The translations under genes and the position numbers were made by a program. A stretch of 64,000 nucleotides of DNA, taken from the NCBI GenBank assembly GCA_048128005.1, contig JBEUKZ010000006.1, positions 310,001-374,000 on the forward strand, in the 5' to 3' direction. The stretch is from Veleropilina oligotropha (taxonomy: Eukaryota). The first letter of the stretch is position 1. Each line of letters begins with the position of its first letter. Positions 16,501 to 32,010 of the stretch are shown piece by piece. The notes under the pieces are model-generated. The model worked only from the letters and a program-made list of their open reading frames with translations. It searched no databases and was not told where the DNA came from.

Positions 16501-19500
16501 AAATCGAATAGGATTGATAGCTTAAAATTGGATATTCGTCCATCGAAAGGAGACGTTAGTAGACTACAATTAGAACTGAAAATTTGTGGTTGTAAAACTA
16601 AAACTTAATTACAACACCAGTTATCGACAGAGCATCAAAATGAAGCAACAGTCCAGCATGTCCAGTCTATGTTTTCACTGCATCATTTCAGTCTTTTTAT
16701 CACTGAGTTGTCTTGTGTTGTTACTAATCAGGAAAATGTATGTTTTCGCAGGTTATGAATTACAGCGACTCTCGGACCGTGGAGGAGATATGTGAGAACT
16801 CGTCCAAGCTGATCACCCTGATCGATCTGGCCGGCCACCACAAGTACCTCAAGACCACCATCTTCGGTTTGACGGGATACTGCCCAGACTTTGCCATGCT
16901 GGTGGTCAGTGCTAACACTGGTATAGGTAAGCGGCCGACAGACAGCTGAGATTGACTGTTTAATAGCTGATTCTTTTCTGTTATTGATTAGCTACGCTGA
17001 TCATTTGTTTTAATGTTTACAATTATTAAAGGACTTGTGAATACAAAATAGATTCTGGCTGATAATAATGCTACCGTATATTTATTTATTCTGTTATTAA
17101 TGGCGCCATGATTTTACATCAAAACATGGATACAGAAGATCCTTAGCACGTCACCCCGAAATCTCCCGAACACTTATTAGGTGACGACACACCTGGCCCA
17201 TGAGTTCTTGTGCTATTGTTCGACCACTGACCTGAAAATATGACTATTCTTGAGACGGATTGATTATTCCGTCAGGTCAGCTTACAACAAACGCAGACAA
17301 AGACTAACAAAACCAATAATATGATAGAAATATGCCGTATATTCAAATTTCGCCAATATTATGAGTTTCACTAGTCCTTTATGATTTGTTCATATATTAT
17401 TATTCCATTGTGGAAATAATATTATTCCTTTGTTAAAATATAATTTGTCTTGTAAATACCATTTGCATATATATGATCAGTTTATAATTGAATTATAATT
17501 TATTATCATTTTTTATTTATTTTCATTTTTCATTTATTATTAACTATTTTAATATTCTGAAGTAAGTCTATGTATTTTTATATTTATCTATACTGTTTTT
17601 GAATATGTGGATTATAAGTTTGGATTGCGCAGCATCATTACGTGACCTTTTGTACAGTTTATAGAACACTATGATCTCTTCCGGGTTATCATGATAACGT
17701 TTCTTTCAGCTGGTACTACCAAGGAGCACCTGGGATTCGCTCTCGCTCTGAAGGTCCCTGTCTTCGTCGTTATCACCAAAGTCGATCAATGCAGCAAATA
17801 CTTCATCCAGAAAACGATCGCTCAGCTGGAAAGGATCCTGAAATCGCCCGGTGTCAAGAAAGTTCCGTTTCGTGTTTCCAACGAAGATGATGCGATTACT
17901 GCAGCCACAAATTTTGACACAGAAAGGTAAACATTATAATGTCGTAATTGTTCAGCTTTTTCTTATATGTGTATAGTACTCTCTACATCTATATACGAAT
18001 CCGTTGTAACTATTTTTTTACTGAAAACTATCTTTTGAAATATATTTATATGTCATTTGTTAGCTGCTCATAATTTACATGATTGTGTTTTACCCATCAT
18101 ATATTGCCACTCTGGTGGTCATGTGGTCTCGAGTGCGACTCTGAATCGCACACTAACAGGAGTGGTATGAATGTCGGTTTGGGCAATGGCATTCTTTGTT
18201 CAGTTATAAATCGCAGTTGACCGTAACTGGTCGGATAGGGCGAGTTTTCCCAGGCTTTCCTCACGCGATAACATTGACATTTCCTGCCTTGAAAATAAAG
18301 GTTGCAAATATACAGGATATTAAGCATCGATTCAATCCAGCCAATCAGATATATCTGTATAGAACTTCAATTGTTACTATATACGTTAACACAATACATG
18401 TATCATGTTATTACGCTTCTTTTATAGTAAACTACTTTTGTGATGGTGATTTCCTAGTCTCTGATATTATGCCCTGTTTCAGGATCACGCCGATCTTCAC
18501 GGTCTCCAGTGTGACTGGCGTCAACCTGGACCTGCTGATGAAGTTCCTCAACGTTGTCCCTCCACTCAAGAATACCAAAGATCAGGAGAAATTCAACCAG
18601 GACTCCACAGATTTTCAGGTATCAACATTATTTAGATTAAATTGTTCAAGCCTTCTATGAGCATGCACTATGTGGAAAGAGTAAATGTAGATGAGAAAAG
18701 AAGATAAAGAGTGGTACAAGTTTGTTTAATAGGAAAAGTAAAATTGAATCAGATGTGATAGTATTTTGATGAAATTATTTGTCACCAAATGAAGGCTCTG
18801 AATTTTAAAGCCCTTTGAAAGATTTGCGATGTTCCAATATGTGAATATTAGTTCTTTTAAATTTTTGTGTGGAATTGTAGTGTATGCATGTGTGAGCAAT
18901 ATTTATTTGCACAATCATTATAAGAATTTTGCTATTGCTTTATGCCATAAATATATGTCCCATTTACCAATGTGTCCATTTAATTCAGATCGACGAGGTG
19001 TACACGGTGCCAGATGTGGGTACTATCGCTGGAGGTACCATCGTCAGGTGGGTCAAATGTTTTATGGAGGGAGTCTAGGTATTGTCTAGAAAGTGTTGAT
19101 TGGTGGACCAATCCCAAACAAATTGCTAAACTTGATCTTTTACGTAAATTAACTTCGAAATCCATGCTCTTCCAGCTGAAAATAGAATCTTCTACTTTAA
19201 TTGTAAACATGTTGTGTTGTATAAGGCACTCTATTAAGTTAATAGTGACAGATGTCTATAGCTAGTCGGCGACACAGGGTTTTCCCGGAGAATATGCTTT
19301 CCTCCTGCGATAATATGTACAAGATCTTGTATGAACCTGAAAAGTGTTAAAAACGATCTAAACTACACCACATCATTCATTACTTTAGTTGATTGCATAA
19401 ATTACAGTCTACTAAATGCTTACCATAGAACAATCATTTATATCTGGCATGTTATACATTTTAGAGGCTCCATACGGGAAGATGACAAGGTTCTGGTCGG

Positions 19501-20869
19501 GCCGTATGACGACGGTTCATTTCACCCCGCCACAGTCAAGACCGTCTTCAGAAACCGTATTCCTTGTCGCCTGATCCAGGCCGGCCAGGCAGCAACAATA
19601 TCGCTCTCAGAGATGGACTGCCACACTGTGAGGAAGGTGGGTATGCGTAGCTGTTGTAATATTTGCATCATGCACAGATATGAGTCCAAAGTGATCTCTG
19701 ATGAGATGTGAGTGCAATGTTATTGCCACAGTAAACCCTGTGTTGGCATATACCATTTTTTATACAACAGAAAAGGCCTCACAATGCTTTAATACTCCTT
19801 TTTCGCTCGCCTTTTTGGCAGGATTATAGTCGTGAACTGGCATCCGTTGTCGGTGTCGTTCACAGGTTGCTTTCTGTCAAATAGAAGAAGAACCTTTCAT
19901 ATTTGGTATACATCTTGAATACCATCAGGCCTAAGTTCAAACATGTTACGTTCTACCACATGGAAGATTGCTTTCTGTCAAATAGAAGCTGAACCTACAC
20001 CTTTCATATACACCCTGTATACCATCAGGACTTGCTTAAGTTCAATGATTACGTTACTGCATCGAAGGTCAAGGTCATTTTCAAGTATTTACCTTCTGTC
20101 ACTTTGAAAATTGCTTTATGTCACATAGATGACAAACTTTTTATTGAGGTAATTATAATTTGACTGAAGTTGGATTTATATAGGCAAAAGCCAGGCTTGT
20201 ATGAGGATCATACCTCGAGTTGTGTGTTGTAAATGCTCAACTAGTGCTCATACCTGCTATTTGTTCTTTACCAGGGTATGGTTCTGCTAAGCCAAGCGGG
20301 CCACAACACCTCCGCATGCATTGAGTTTGATGCTGATATCTACCTGCTCTTCCATGCTAATCGTCTCAGCCAGGGATTCCAAACAACCATTCACGTCGGC
20401 AACGTCTGTCAAACAGCCATCATCATAAAAATGAATAAGGTAAGATGACAGTATATACATCAGTTTATTGTACCACTCTGCATTCTCTTCTGTAGGTTAA
20501 TCAAAGCGTTCACGGTAGAGAGTGAGAGCCATGCTCTTATAATAAATTCGAAATAATTCTGTCATTCCCAAAGTTGGATGTTTAGGGTGCTTTTTTCCGA
20601 AGTAATTAACTCTTGGCTTAAGGTATCACATTTATGTAATCTAATGATGACACCTTATAATATTATTTGCAAATTTTCCGAATCTGCATAAACATATTTT
20701 TTTTCTGTAGGAGTCAATCAAAACGAACCAGAAAGCACAAGTGACGTTTCGTCTTGTCAAGCAGCCAGAGTACATCCGAGTTGGGGCCCGACTTCTATTC
20801 AGAGAAGGAAAATCTAAGGGAATGGGTGAAGTAACCAAGGTCTACCCATACGATAATCCAAACAGGTGA
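10573..20869 (+). CDS. GTPBP2: GTP-binding protein 2 (translational GTPase, eEF1A/HBS1-related), 12 exons, ~550 aa
   Basis: Exons 10573-10626, 14481-14507, 14955-15139, 15594-15699, 16078-16275, 16752-16926, 17710-17926, 18483-18618, 18989-19047, 19465-19636, 20275-20439, 20711-20869(TGA). All are GT-AG and sum to 1653 nt in frame. Motifs: [35 protein letters not shown]-loop [36 protein letters not shown]-terminal [12 protein letters not shown]. The start codon is the least certain part. Confidence 0.95.
13097..14102. mobile_element. TA-targeting MITE (Tc1/mariner/pogo type) in GTPBP2 intron 1
   Basis: ta|ctgtaaatcaa ... ttgatttacag|ta inverted termini, with repeated cgcgaa/ttcgcg subterminal motifs at both ends; no ORF. 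Confidence 0.8.
19800..20221 (+). mobile_element. Decayed Helentron/DINE-1-like remnant (family C)
   Basis: Contains aggtcaaggtca and a 3' end ggcttgtatgaggatcatacctc; a reverse-complement relative lies at ~60010-60260. Confidence 0.4.
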
Positions 20870-22667
20870 TAGAATCAAAGAGACATAAGAAAATATATCT
20901 GTAGCCTGTCTCTATTATATATGGCCGTTCATCAGCAATAGGTCCTAAATAATTTGTCAAAGCAATGAGGAATTAGGGTCTCTTGAAAGGATAATCACTG
21001 TACTAAAGCCCTGTCACTGTTAGCACTAGTAGAAAGGAAATATGTGATTCTAGCCCTTGTGAAGTCATAAATATGATTTATTATTCGGTAACCAATAAGA
21101 CTGGTTTATTTTATCCGATCTCTGGTTACACTATCCAGGCGTCATACCACACCACATGACCCGAGCTGTTTAACAGGATATTAAAGCTCATTTAGAAATC
21201 AAATTTTCATCAATTTTCTTAATTGGCATATTACTTGGTTAATTTATTCCCATGCTAAAATGTTCTGTACTTATTATTACTTGAAACTACTTATTGTATA
21301 ATTCTTAGATATAGTCGAATTTAGTCGGTTAAAACCGATATGAAAATTTATGAGATGATATTTTTGATGAAGATTTGATAATAGATAATAGAAGCAAAAC
21401 ATATGTTATAACCATAGATGTTGTTTTGTGTAAGTTTGTTAAGTGATAACCATGTATAGAGAACACTATTTATTGGAAATTAATATTGATATTGTTAGAC
21501 TTGTTAGATAATAACTAAATCCATGTTTACTTTGTTGCATGTAAATATTTGTTAAAACAGAGGACTCAGGTTGATCATCATGTATTATGGCAAGCACACA
21601 TTTCTTTACTCAAATAATTTTTAAGTCTCACTTGAATTAAAATTATTTAATCTTTTATATTATAATTGCACTTAGATGTTCCACTTTCACCTCTGGTTAT
21701 GGCTTATAGATCGAGACATTCACGTAATACCGTCTGATGCAGCTTTTTGACATTCACTATATATCATGATTTGTTAATTTTACAACAATTTGTAATATTT
21801 GGTTTTAGTACATATTTTTATTTATAGAAAATGCATGTTTGTTAATTTAATGTACATTTTACAAATGTTGCAAGATTTATTTTTACTGGTTCATACATTC
21901 TGTTACTAGTGTTAGTATGATGTAAATGTTATGCGATTGTCATCTTGTGGATAGTTGTACATATTGTTAATCAACGTTGTTGTTTAAGGGTATAGTTAGT
22001 AACAGGTATCATCTACGGATCAAAGATTCATCTTCAGGAGTGTTTCTTATGTTTGCACTGCTGAAGTCGGTGTTATGTCGTAATAATTATAGAGAGTTAA
22101 TATTTCTCCAGTTAAACCATGATATCAATGTTTTCATATGGGTGCTGTTGGAGTTGTTAAGTAATAATTACATGTGTAAGGTAATTTACAGATTATTCCG
22201 GTCAACTATATTGTGTGTGAAACATTATTATATAATAACATTACTATGGTATAATTCCAACAACTTTCGTTGTCGGCGATGGAAAAACTTTATGTAGAAT
22301 GCGAGTTAAATTCCTTCGCCAACTTGGCGTATTATAACTCTTATAACTAATAGAAGGGACGACTTATAACCCATTTTATGAAAGCAGACGCTAAGCCCAG
22401 ACAGACACCACTGAAAATGTGGTTATAAAACTAAAAAGTGAGTGAAATTAAATCAAAACCAAAAACATGCCAGCTGGATTTTTGATTAGGTAAGCATTTT
22501 GCTGAACAAATTGACTCGAACTGCTTCAAATTTTGGGATAAACGTGGTCGAGAAATAATTCTACTTAATCAATCATTGTTGTCCATACTCATTTAAGTAA
22601 ATGACATAATGACATTTATATTAAGCAAGCCTGTTTATTATTGTATCCTACCTGCAAATTGTAACTT

Positions 22668-22845
22668 GGCTTGACTGCTCTGTGTCTAACGAGAGTGGGC
22701 TTGACTGCTCTGTCTAACGAGAGTGGGCTTGACTGCTCTGTCTAACGAGAGTGGGCTTGACTGCTCTGTGTCTAATGAGAGTGGGCTTGACTGCTCTGTC
22801 TAACGAGAGTGGGCTTGACTGCTCTGTCTAACGAGAGTGGGCTTG
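22668..22845. repeat. 28/30-bp minisatellite, ~6 copies
   Basis: ggcttgactgctctg(tg)tctaacgagagtg in tandem, followed by a V-SINE core remnant. Confidence 0.92.
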
Positions 22846-24124
22846 CATCCTCTGCGGGGCACTCTTGTTCAGTTAACTGTCACAGTTGTTTGTAATCATC
22901 GGTGAGGGTGGGATTTCCTCCCGCGATAATATGGTAAGAACATGAAGGTTGTTAAATAACGGGGTATTAAGCAGGCCAAAACCAAACGACACCTGGTCGT
23001 AATCTTCTCTGTATCATTCATCGTTAATGCATACTTACGAAAAGTACACTATATCAATTTTTAGAAACTGTACTACAGTACTTGTGTTTTATACATTGTA
23101 TGAACTGAATTTGTCAAGTATCATGTATTCGCTATCATGTATTTAAAATGACAGGTCACCAGGCTCCATCCAATCAAAATGCACAAAAGGGAATCGATCC
23201 AATGTGGAGTGAGCCTGGGTTCGAACCCAGTGCAGCAGCCTTGGTAACCGACAAGCTACGCATTTGGGATTCCAGCATGTACCAGAAAATGAACAATTGA
23301 CAAAACATGACGTTTTGTTTTTTTCTAAATTTTTAATTCTGTCTGAAGTATTTGTTGCATGTACCATTTTTAAGATCACATACATTTTTATATCCAGCTT
23401 ACAAAAATATCCTAATTTAATTCATATCTGAATGTTTAATATTTGCAGTGAATTATAAGAGAAATTTAACGAAATTTGTTGTTGGCGAGTTTTATTTTAA
23501 TATCACAGCTATGAAATATATTTAGTTGGCTGGATTGGTGTCAAATTTAACAGTTTAGGGTCAAACATGCATCAATATTAGATCAGGGGGCTATCCCAGA
23601 CCAGTTGTGGACCACGGTGACTGTTGAGTGTTCGACCACTCTCAAACCCTCACAGGCAGACCAGTGCAGTCAGGACAGGTGATTTGGGAGCAATGCTCTA
23701 ATCCATCGCCCAAAATATATTTAGTACAATTACTTATTTCCATCACCCCATTTGACATTGGCTAGTACTATCCTTTTGTGCGACTACCAATGTATGACCA
23801 TAATATTGGTGAGAGAGTAGCTGAATTGGAGTGATTCTTCGGATTCCAGAGGTATATTTCCGAAGATTTATACAATCTCAATTGTACCAAGTTTAAGAGT
23901 TGGCAGTCCCAGCATTTGTTGTGTGGTTCTGCTCGGGTGTATTGCGAGTGTGAGTATATTCATCAGATTGCATTGATTGAAGATTTCTGACAAGAAAACA
24001 ATATGTTGCAAAGCCACAGAAACAAATTTATTATCCATTACCATGTTTCTAGGACGTATATTCAAATGGTTATATGAAGCTTTTACACCCCTTTGCTAAC
24101 TTTCACCAATAAATTTTCAATTTG

Positions 24125-27100
24125 CCACCAAATGCACCCTAGTGAATAGAGATCCTGGTTAATCACCACCACATGCACCTAGTGAAGAGACCCTGGTTAA
24201 TCACCACCACATGCACCTAGTGAATAGAGATCCTGGTTAATCACCACCACATGCACCAAGTGAATAGAGATCCTGGTTAATCACCACCACATGCACCTAG
24301 TGAATAGAGATCCTGGTTAATCACCACCACATGCACCTAGTGAATAGAGACCCTGGTTAATCACCACCACATGCACCTAGTGAATAGAGATCCTGGTTAA
24401 TCACCACCACATGCACCAAGTGAATAGAGATCCTGGTTAATCACCACCACATGCACCTAGTGAATAGAGATCCTGGTTAATCACCACCACATGCACCAAG
24501 TGAATAGAGATCCTGGTTAATCACCACCACATGGACCTAGTGAATAGAGATCCTGGTTAATCACCACCACATGCACCTAGTGAATAGAGATCCTGGTTAA
24601 TCACCACCACATGCACCTAGTGAATAGAGATCCTGGTTAATCACCACCACATGCACCTAGTGAATAGAGATCCTAGTTAATCACCACCACATGCACCTAG
24701 TGAATAGAGACCCTGGTTAATCACCACCACATGCACCTAGTGAATAGAGATCCTGGTTAATCACCACCACATGCACCAAGTGAATAGATATCCTGGTTAA
24801 TCACCACCACATGCACCTAGTGAATAGAGATCCTGGTTAATCACCACCACATGCCCCTCAATTAATCACCACCACATGCACCTAGTGAATAGAGATCCTA
24901 GTTAATCACCACCACATGCACCAAGTGAATAGAGATCCTGGTTAATCACCACCACATGCACCTAGTGAATAGAGATCCTGGTTAATCACCACCACATGCA
25001 CCAAGTGAATAGAGATCCTGGTTAATCACCACCACATGCACCAAGTGAATAGAGATCCTGGTTAATCACCACCACATGCATCTAGTGAATAGAGACCCTG
25101 GTTAATCACCACCGCATGCACCTAGTGAATAGAGATCCTGGTTAATCACCACCGCATGCACCTAGTGAATAGAGATCCTGGTTAATCACCACCACATGCA
25201 CCTAGTGAATAGATATCCTGGTTAATCACCACCACATGCACCTAGTGAATAGAGATCCTAGTTAATCACCACCACATGCATCTAGTGAATATAGATCTTG
25301 GTTAATCACCACCGCATGCACCTAGTGAATCGAGACCCTGGTTAATCACCACCACATGCACCTAGTGAATAGAGATCCTGGTTAATCACCACCACATGCA
25401 CCTAGTGAATAGAGATCCTGGTTAATCACCACCACATGCATCTAGTGAATAGAGATCCTGGTTAATCACCACCACATGCATCTAGTGAATAGAGATCCTT
25501 GTTAATCACCACCACATGCCCCTCAATTAATCACCACCACATGCACCTAGTGAATAGAGACCCTGGTTAATCACCACCACATGCACCTAGTGAATCGAGA
25601 CCCTGGTTAATCACCACCACATGCATCTAGTGAATAGAGACCCTGGTTAATCACCACCACATGCATCTAGTGAATAGAGACCCTGGTTAATCACCACCGC
25701 ATGCACCTAGTGAATAGAGATCCTGGTTAATCACCACCGCATGCACCTAGTGAATAGAGATCCTGGTTAATCACCACCACATGCACCTAGTGAATAGATA
25801 TCCTGGTTAATCACCACCACATGCATCTAGTGAATAGAGATCCTAGTTAATCACCACCACATGCATCTAGTGAATAGAGATCCTGGTTAATCACCACCAC
25901 ATGCACCTAGTGAATAGAGATCCTGGTTAATCACCACCACATGCACCTAGTGAATAGAGATCCTAGTTAATCACCACCACATGCACCTAGTGAATAGAGA
26001 CCCTGGTTAATCACCACCACATGCACCTAGTGAATAGAGATCCTGGTTAATCACCACCACATGCACCAAGTGAATAGATATCCTGGTTAATCACCACCAC
26101 ATGCACCTAGTGAATAGAGATCCTGGTTAATCACCACCACATGCACCTAGTGAATAGAGATCCTAGTTAATCACCACCACATGCACCAAGTGAATAGAGA
26201 TCCTGGTTAATCACCACCACATGCACCTAGTGAATAGAGATCCTGGTTAATCACCACCACATGCACCAAGTGAATAGAGATCCTGGTTAATCACCACCAC
26301 ATGCACCAAGTGAATAGAGATCCTGGTTAATCACCACCACATGCATCTAGTGAATAGAGACCCTGGTTAATCACCACCGCATGCACCTAGTGAATAGAGA
26401 TCCTGGTTAATCACCACCGCATGCACCTAGTGAATAGAGATCCTGGTTAATCACCACCACATGCACCTAGTGAATAGATATCCTGGTTAATCACCACCAC
26501 ATGCACCTAGTGAATAGAGATCCTAGTTAATCACCACCACATGCATCTAGTGAATATAGATCCTGGTTAATCACCACCGCATGCACCTAGTGAATCGAGA
26601 CCCTGGTTAATCACCACCACATGCACCTAGTGAATAGAGATCCTGGTTAATCACCACCACATGCACCTAGTGAATAGAGATCCTGGTTAATCACCACCAC
26701 ATGCATCTAGTGAATAGAGATCCTGGTTAATCACCACCACATGCATCTAGTGAATAGAGATCCTGGTTAATCACCACCACATGCCCCTCAATTAATCACC
26801 ACCACATGCACCTAGTGAATAGAGACCCTGGTTAATCACCACCACATGCACCTAGTGAATCGAGACCCTGGTTAATCACCACCACATGCATCTAGTGAAT
26901 AGAGACCCTGGTTAATCACCACCACATGCATCTAGTGAATAGAGACCCTGGTTAATCACCACCGCATGCACCTAGTGAATAGAGATCCTGGTTAATCACC
27001 ACCGCATGCACCTAGTGAATAGAGATCCTGGTTAATCACCACCACATGCACCTAGTGAATAGATATCCTGGTTAATCACCACCACATGCATCTAGTGAAT

Positions 27101-30100
27101 AGAGATCCTAGTTAATCACCACCACATGCATCTAGTGAATAGAGATCCTGGTTAATCACCACCACATGCACCTAGTGAATAGAGATCCTGGTTAATCACC
27201 ACCACATGCACCTAGTGAATAGAGATCCTAGTTAATCACCACCACATGCACCTAGTGAATAGAGACCCTGGTTAATCACCACCACATGCACCTAGTGAAT
27301 AGAGATCCTGGTTAATCACCACCACATGCACCAAGTGAATAGATATCCTGGTTAATCACCACCACATGCACCTAGTGAATAGAGATCCTGGTTAATCACC
27401 ACCACATGCCCCTCAATTAATCACCACCACATGCACCTAGTGAATAGAGATCCTAGTTAATCACCACCACATGCACCAAGTGAATAGAGATCCTGGTTAA
27501 TCACCACCACATGCACCTAGTGAATAGAGATCCTGGTTAATCACCACCACATGCACCAAGTGAATAGAGATCCTGGTTAATCACCACCACATGCACCAAG
27601 TGAATAGAGATCCTGGTTAATCACCACCACATGCATCTAGTGAATAGAGACCCTGGTTAATCACCACCGCATGCACCTAGTGAATAGAGATCCTGGTTAA
27701 TCACCACCGCATGCACCTAGTGAATAGAGATCCTGGTTAATCACCACCACATGCACCTAGTGAATAGATATCCTGGTTAATCACCACCACATGCACCTAG
27801 TGAATAGAGATCCTAGTTAATCACCACCACATGCATCTAGTGAATATAGATCCTGGTTAATCACCACCGCATGCACCTAGTGAATCGAGACCCTGGTTAA
27901 TCACCACCACATGCACCTAGTGAATAGAGATCCTGGTTAATCACCACCACATGCACCTAGTGAATAGAGATCCTGGTTAATCACCACCACATGCATCTAG
28001 TGAATAGAGATCCTGGTTAATCACCACCACATGCATCTAGTGAATAGAGATCCTGGTTAGTCACCACCACATGCACCTAGTGAATCGAGACCCTGGTTAA
28101 TCACCACCACATGCACCTAGTGAATCGAGACCCTGGTTAATCACCATCACATGCACCTAGTGAATAGAGATCCTGGTTAATCACCACCACATGCACCTAG
28201 TGAATAGAGATCCTGGTTAATCACCACCACATGCACCTACGAATAGAGATCCTGGTTAATCACCACCACATACACCTAGTGAATAGAGATCCTGGTTAAT
28301 CACCACCACATGCACCTAGTGAATCGAGATCCTGGTTAATCACCACCACATGCACCTACGAATAGAGATCCTGGTTAATCACCACCACATACACCTAGTG
28401 AATAGAGATCCTGGTTAATCACCACCACATACACCTAGTGAATAGAGATCCTGGTTAATCACCACCACATGCACCTACGAATAGAGATCCTGGTTAATCA
28501 CCACCACATGCACCTACGAATAGAGATCCTGGTTAATCACCACCACATGCACCTACGAATAGAGATCCTGGTTAATCACCACCACATGCACCTACGAATA
28601 GAGATCCTGGTTAATCACCACCACATGCACCTACGAATAGAGATCCTGGTTAATCACCACCACATACACCTAGTGAATAGAGATCCTGGTTAATCACCAC
28701 CACATGCACCTACGAATAGAGATCCTGGTTAATCACCACCACATGCACCTACGAATAGAGACCCTGGTTAATCACCACCACATGCATCTAGTGAATAGAG
28801 ATCCTGGTTAACCACCACCACATGCACCTAGTGAATAGAGACCCTGGTTAATCACCACCACATGCACCTAGTGAATAGAGACCCTGGTTAATCACCACCA
28901 CATGCACCTAGTGAATAGAGATCCTGGTTAATCACCACCACATGCACCAAGTGAATAGAGATCCTGGTTAATCACCACCACATGCCCCTCAATTAATCAC
29001 CACCACATGCACCAAGTGAATAGAGATCCTGGTTAATCACCACCACATGCACCTAGTGAATAGAGATCCTGGTTAATCACCACCACATGCACCAAGTGAA
29101 TAGAGATCCTGGTTAATCACCACCACATGCACCTAGTGAATAGAGATCCTGGTTAATCACCACCACATGCCCCTCAATTAATCACCACCACATGCACCTA
29201 GTGAATAGAGACCCTGGTTAATCACCACCACATGCACCTAGTGAATAGAGACCCTGGTTAATCACCACCACATGCATCTAGTGAATAGAGACCCTGGTTA
29301 ATCACCACCACATGCACCAAGTGAATAGAGATCCTGGTTAATCACCACCACATGCATCTAGTGAATAGAGACCCTGGTTAATCACCACCGCATGCACCTA
29401 GTGAATAGAGATCCTGGTTAATCACCACCGCATGCACCTAGTGAATAGAGATCCTGGTTAATCACCACCACATGCACCTAGTGAATAGATATCCTGGTTA
29501 ATCACCACCACATGCACCTAGTGAATAGAGATCCTAGTTAATCACCACCACATGCATCTAGTGAATAGAGATCCTGGTTAATCACCACCACATGCATCTA
29601 GTGAATAGAGATCCTGGTTAATCACCACCACATGCATCTAGTGAATAGAGATCCTGGTTAATCACCACCACATGCCCCTCAATTAATCACCACCACATGC
29701 ACCTAGTGAATAGAGATCCTAGTTAATCACCACCACATGCACCAAGTGAATAGAGATCCTGGTTAATCACCACCACATGCACCTAGTGAATAGAGATCCT
29801 GGTTAATCACCACCACATGCACCAAGTGAATAGAGATCCTGGTTAATCACCACCACATGCACCAAGTGAATAGAGATCCTGGTTAATCACCACCACATGC
29901 ATCTAGTGAATAGAGACCCTGGTTAATCACCACCGCATGCACCTAGTGAATAGAGATCCTGGTTAATCACCACCGCATGCACCTAGTGAATAGAGATCCT
30001 GGTTAATCACCACCACATGCACCTAGTGAATAGATATCCTGGTTAATCACCACCACATGCACCTAGTGAATAGAGATCCTAGTTAATCACCACCACATGC

Positions 30101-32010
30101 ATCTAGTGAATATAGATCCTGGTTAATCACCACCGCATGCACCTAGTGAATCGAGACCCTGGTTAATCACCACCACATGCACCTAGTGAATAGAGATCCT
30201 GGTTAATCACCACCACATGCACCTAGTGAATAGAGATCCTGGTTAATCACCACCACATGCATCTAGTGAATAGAGATCCTGGTTAATCACCACCACATGC
30301 ATCTAGTGAATAGAGATCCTGGTTAATCACCACCACATGCACCTAGTGAATCGAGACCCTGGTTAATCACCACCACATGCACCTAGTGAATCGAGACCCT
30401 GGTTAATCACCATCACATGCACCTAGTGAATAGAGATCCTGGTTAATCACCACCACATGCACCTAGTGAATAGAGATCCTGGTTAATCACCACCACATGC
30501 ACCTACGAATAGAGATCCTGGTTAATCACCACCACATACACCTAGTGAATAGAGATCCTGGTTAATCACCACCACATGCACCTAGTGAATCGAGATCCTG
30601 GTTAATCACCACCACATGCACCTACGAATAGAGATCCTGGTTAATCACCACCACATACACCTAGTGAATAGAGATCCTGGTTAATCACCACCACATACAC
30701 CTAGTGAATAGAGATCCTGGTTAATCACCACCACATGCACCTACGAATAGAGATCCTGGTTAATCACCACCACATGCACCTACGAATAGAGATCCTGGTT
30801 AATCACCACCACATGCACCTACGAATAGAGATCCTGGTTAATCACCACCACATGCACCTACGAATAGAGATCCTGGTTAATCACCACCACATGCACCTAC
30901 GAATAGAGATCCTGGTTAATCACCACCACATACACCTAGTGAATAGAGATCCTGGTTAATCACCACCACATGCACCTACGAATAGAGATCCTGGTTAATC
31001 ACCACCACATGCACCTACGAATAGAGACCCTGGTTAATCACCACCACATGCATCTAGTGAATAGAGATCCTGGTTAACCACCACCACATGCACCTAGTGA
31101 ATAGAGACCCTGGTTAATCACCACCACATGCACCTAGTGAATAGAGACCCTGGTTAATCACCACCACATGCACCTAGTGAATAGAGATCCTGGTTAATCA
31201 CCACCACATGCACCAAGTGAATAGAGATCCTGGTTAATCACCACCACATGCCCCTCAATTAATCACCACCACATGCACCAAGTGAATAGAGATCCTGGTT
31301 AATCACCACCACATGCACCTAGTGAATAGAGATCCTGGTTAATCACCACCACATGCACCAAGTGAATAGAGATCCTGGTTAATCACCACCACATGCACCT
31401 AGTGAATAGAGATCCTGGTTAATCACCACCACATGCCCCTCAATTAATCACCACCACATGCACCTAGTGAATAGAGACCCTGGTTAATCACCACCACATG
31501 CACCTAGTGAATAGAGACCCTGGTTAATCACCACCACATGCATCTAGTGAATAGAGACCCTGGTTAATCACCACCACATGCACCAAGTGAATAGAGATCC
31601 TGGTTAATCACCACCACATGCATCTAGTGAATAGAGACCCTGGTTAATCACCACCGCATGCACCTAGTGAATAGAGATCCTGGTTAATCACCACCGCATG
31701 CACCTAGTGAATAGAGATCCTGGTTAATCACCACCACATGCACCTAGTGAATAGATATCCTGGTTAATCACCACCACATGCACCTAGTGAATAGAGATCC
31801 TAGTTAATCACCACCACATGCATCTAGTGAATAGAGATCCTGGTTAATCACCACCACATGCACCTAGTGAGTAGAGATCCTGGTTAATCACCACCACATG
31901 CACCTAGTGAATAGAGATCCTGGTTAATCACCACCACATGCACCTAGTGAATAGAGATCCTGGTTAATCACCATCACATGCACCTACGAATAGAGATCCT
32001 GGTTAATCAC
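24125..32010. repeat. 40-bp satellite array, ~7.9 kb, ~200 copies, with higher-order structure
   Basis: Unit gcacctagtgaatagagatcctggttaatcaccaccacat, with recurrent 39-bp (cctacgaat) and 25-bp (gcccctcaattaatcaccaccacat) variant units. Confidence 0.99.

Noticed and set aside
24125..32010. CRISPR-like regular repeats and twin ORFs 28469-28693 / 30735-30959
   Set aside because: Units are head to tail with no unique spacers, there are no cas genes, and the context is eukaryotic. The ORFs are runs of 39-bp variant units.
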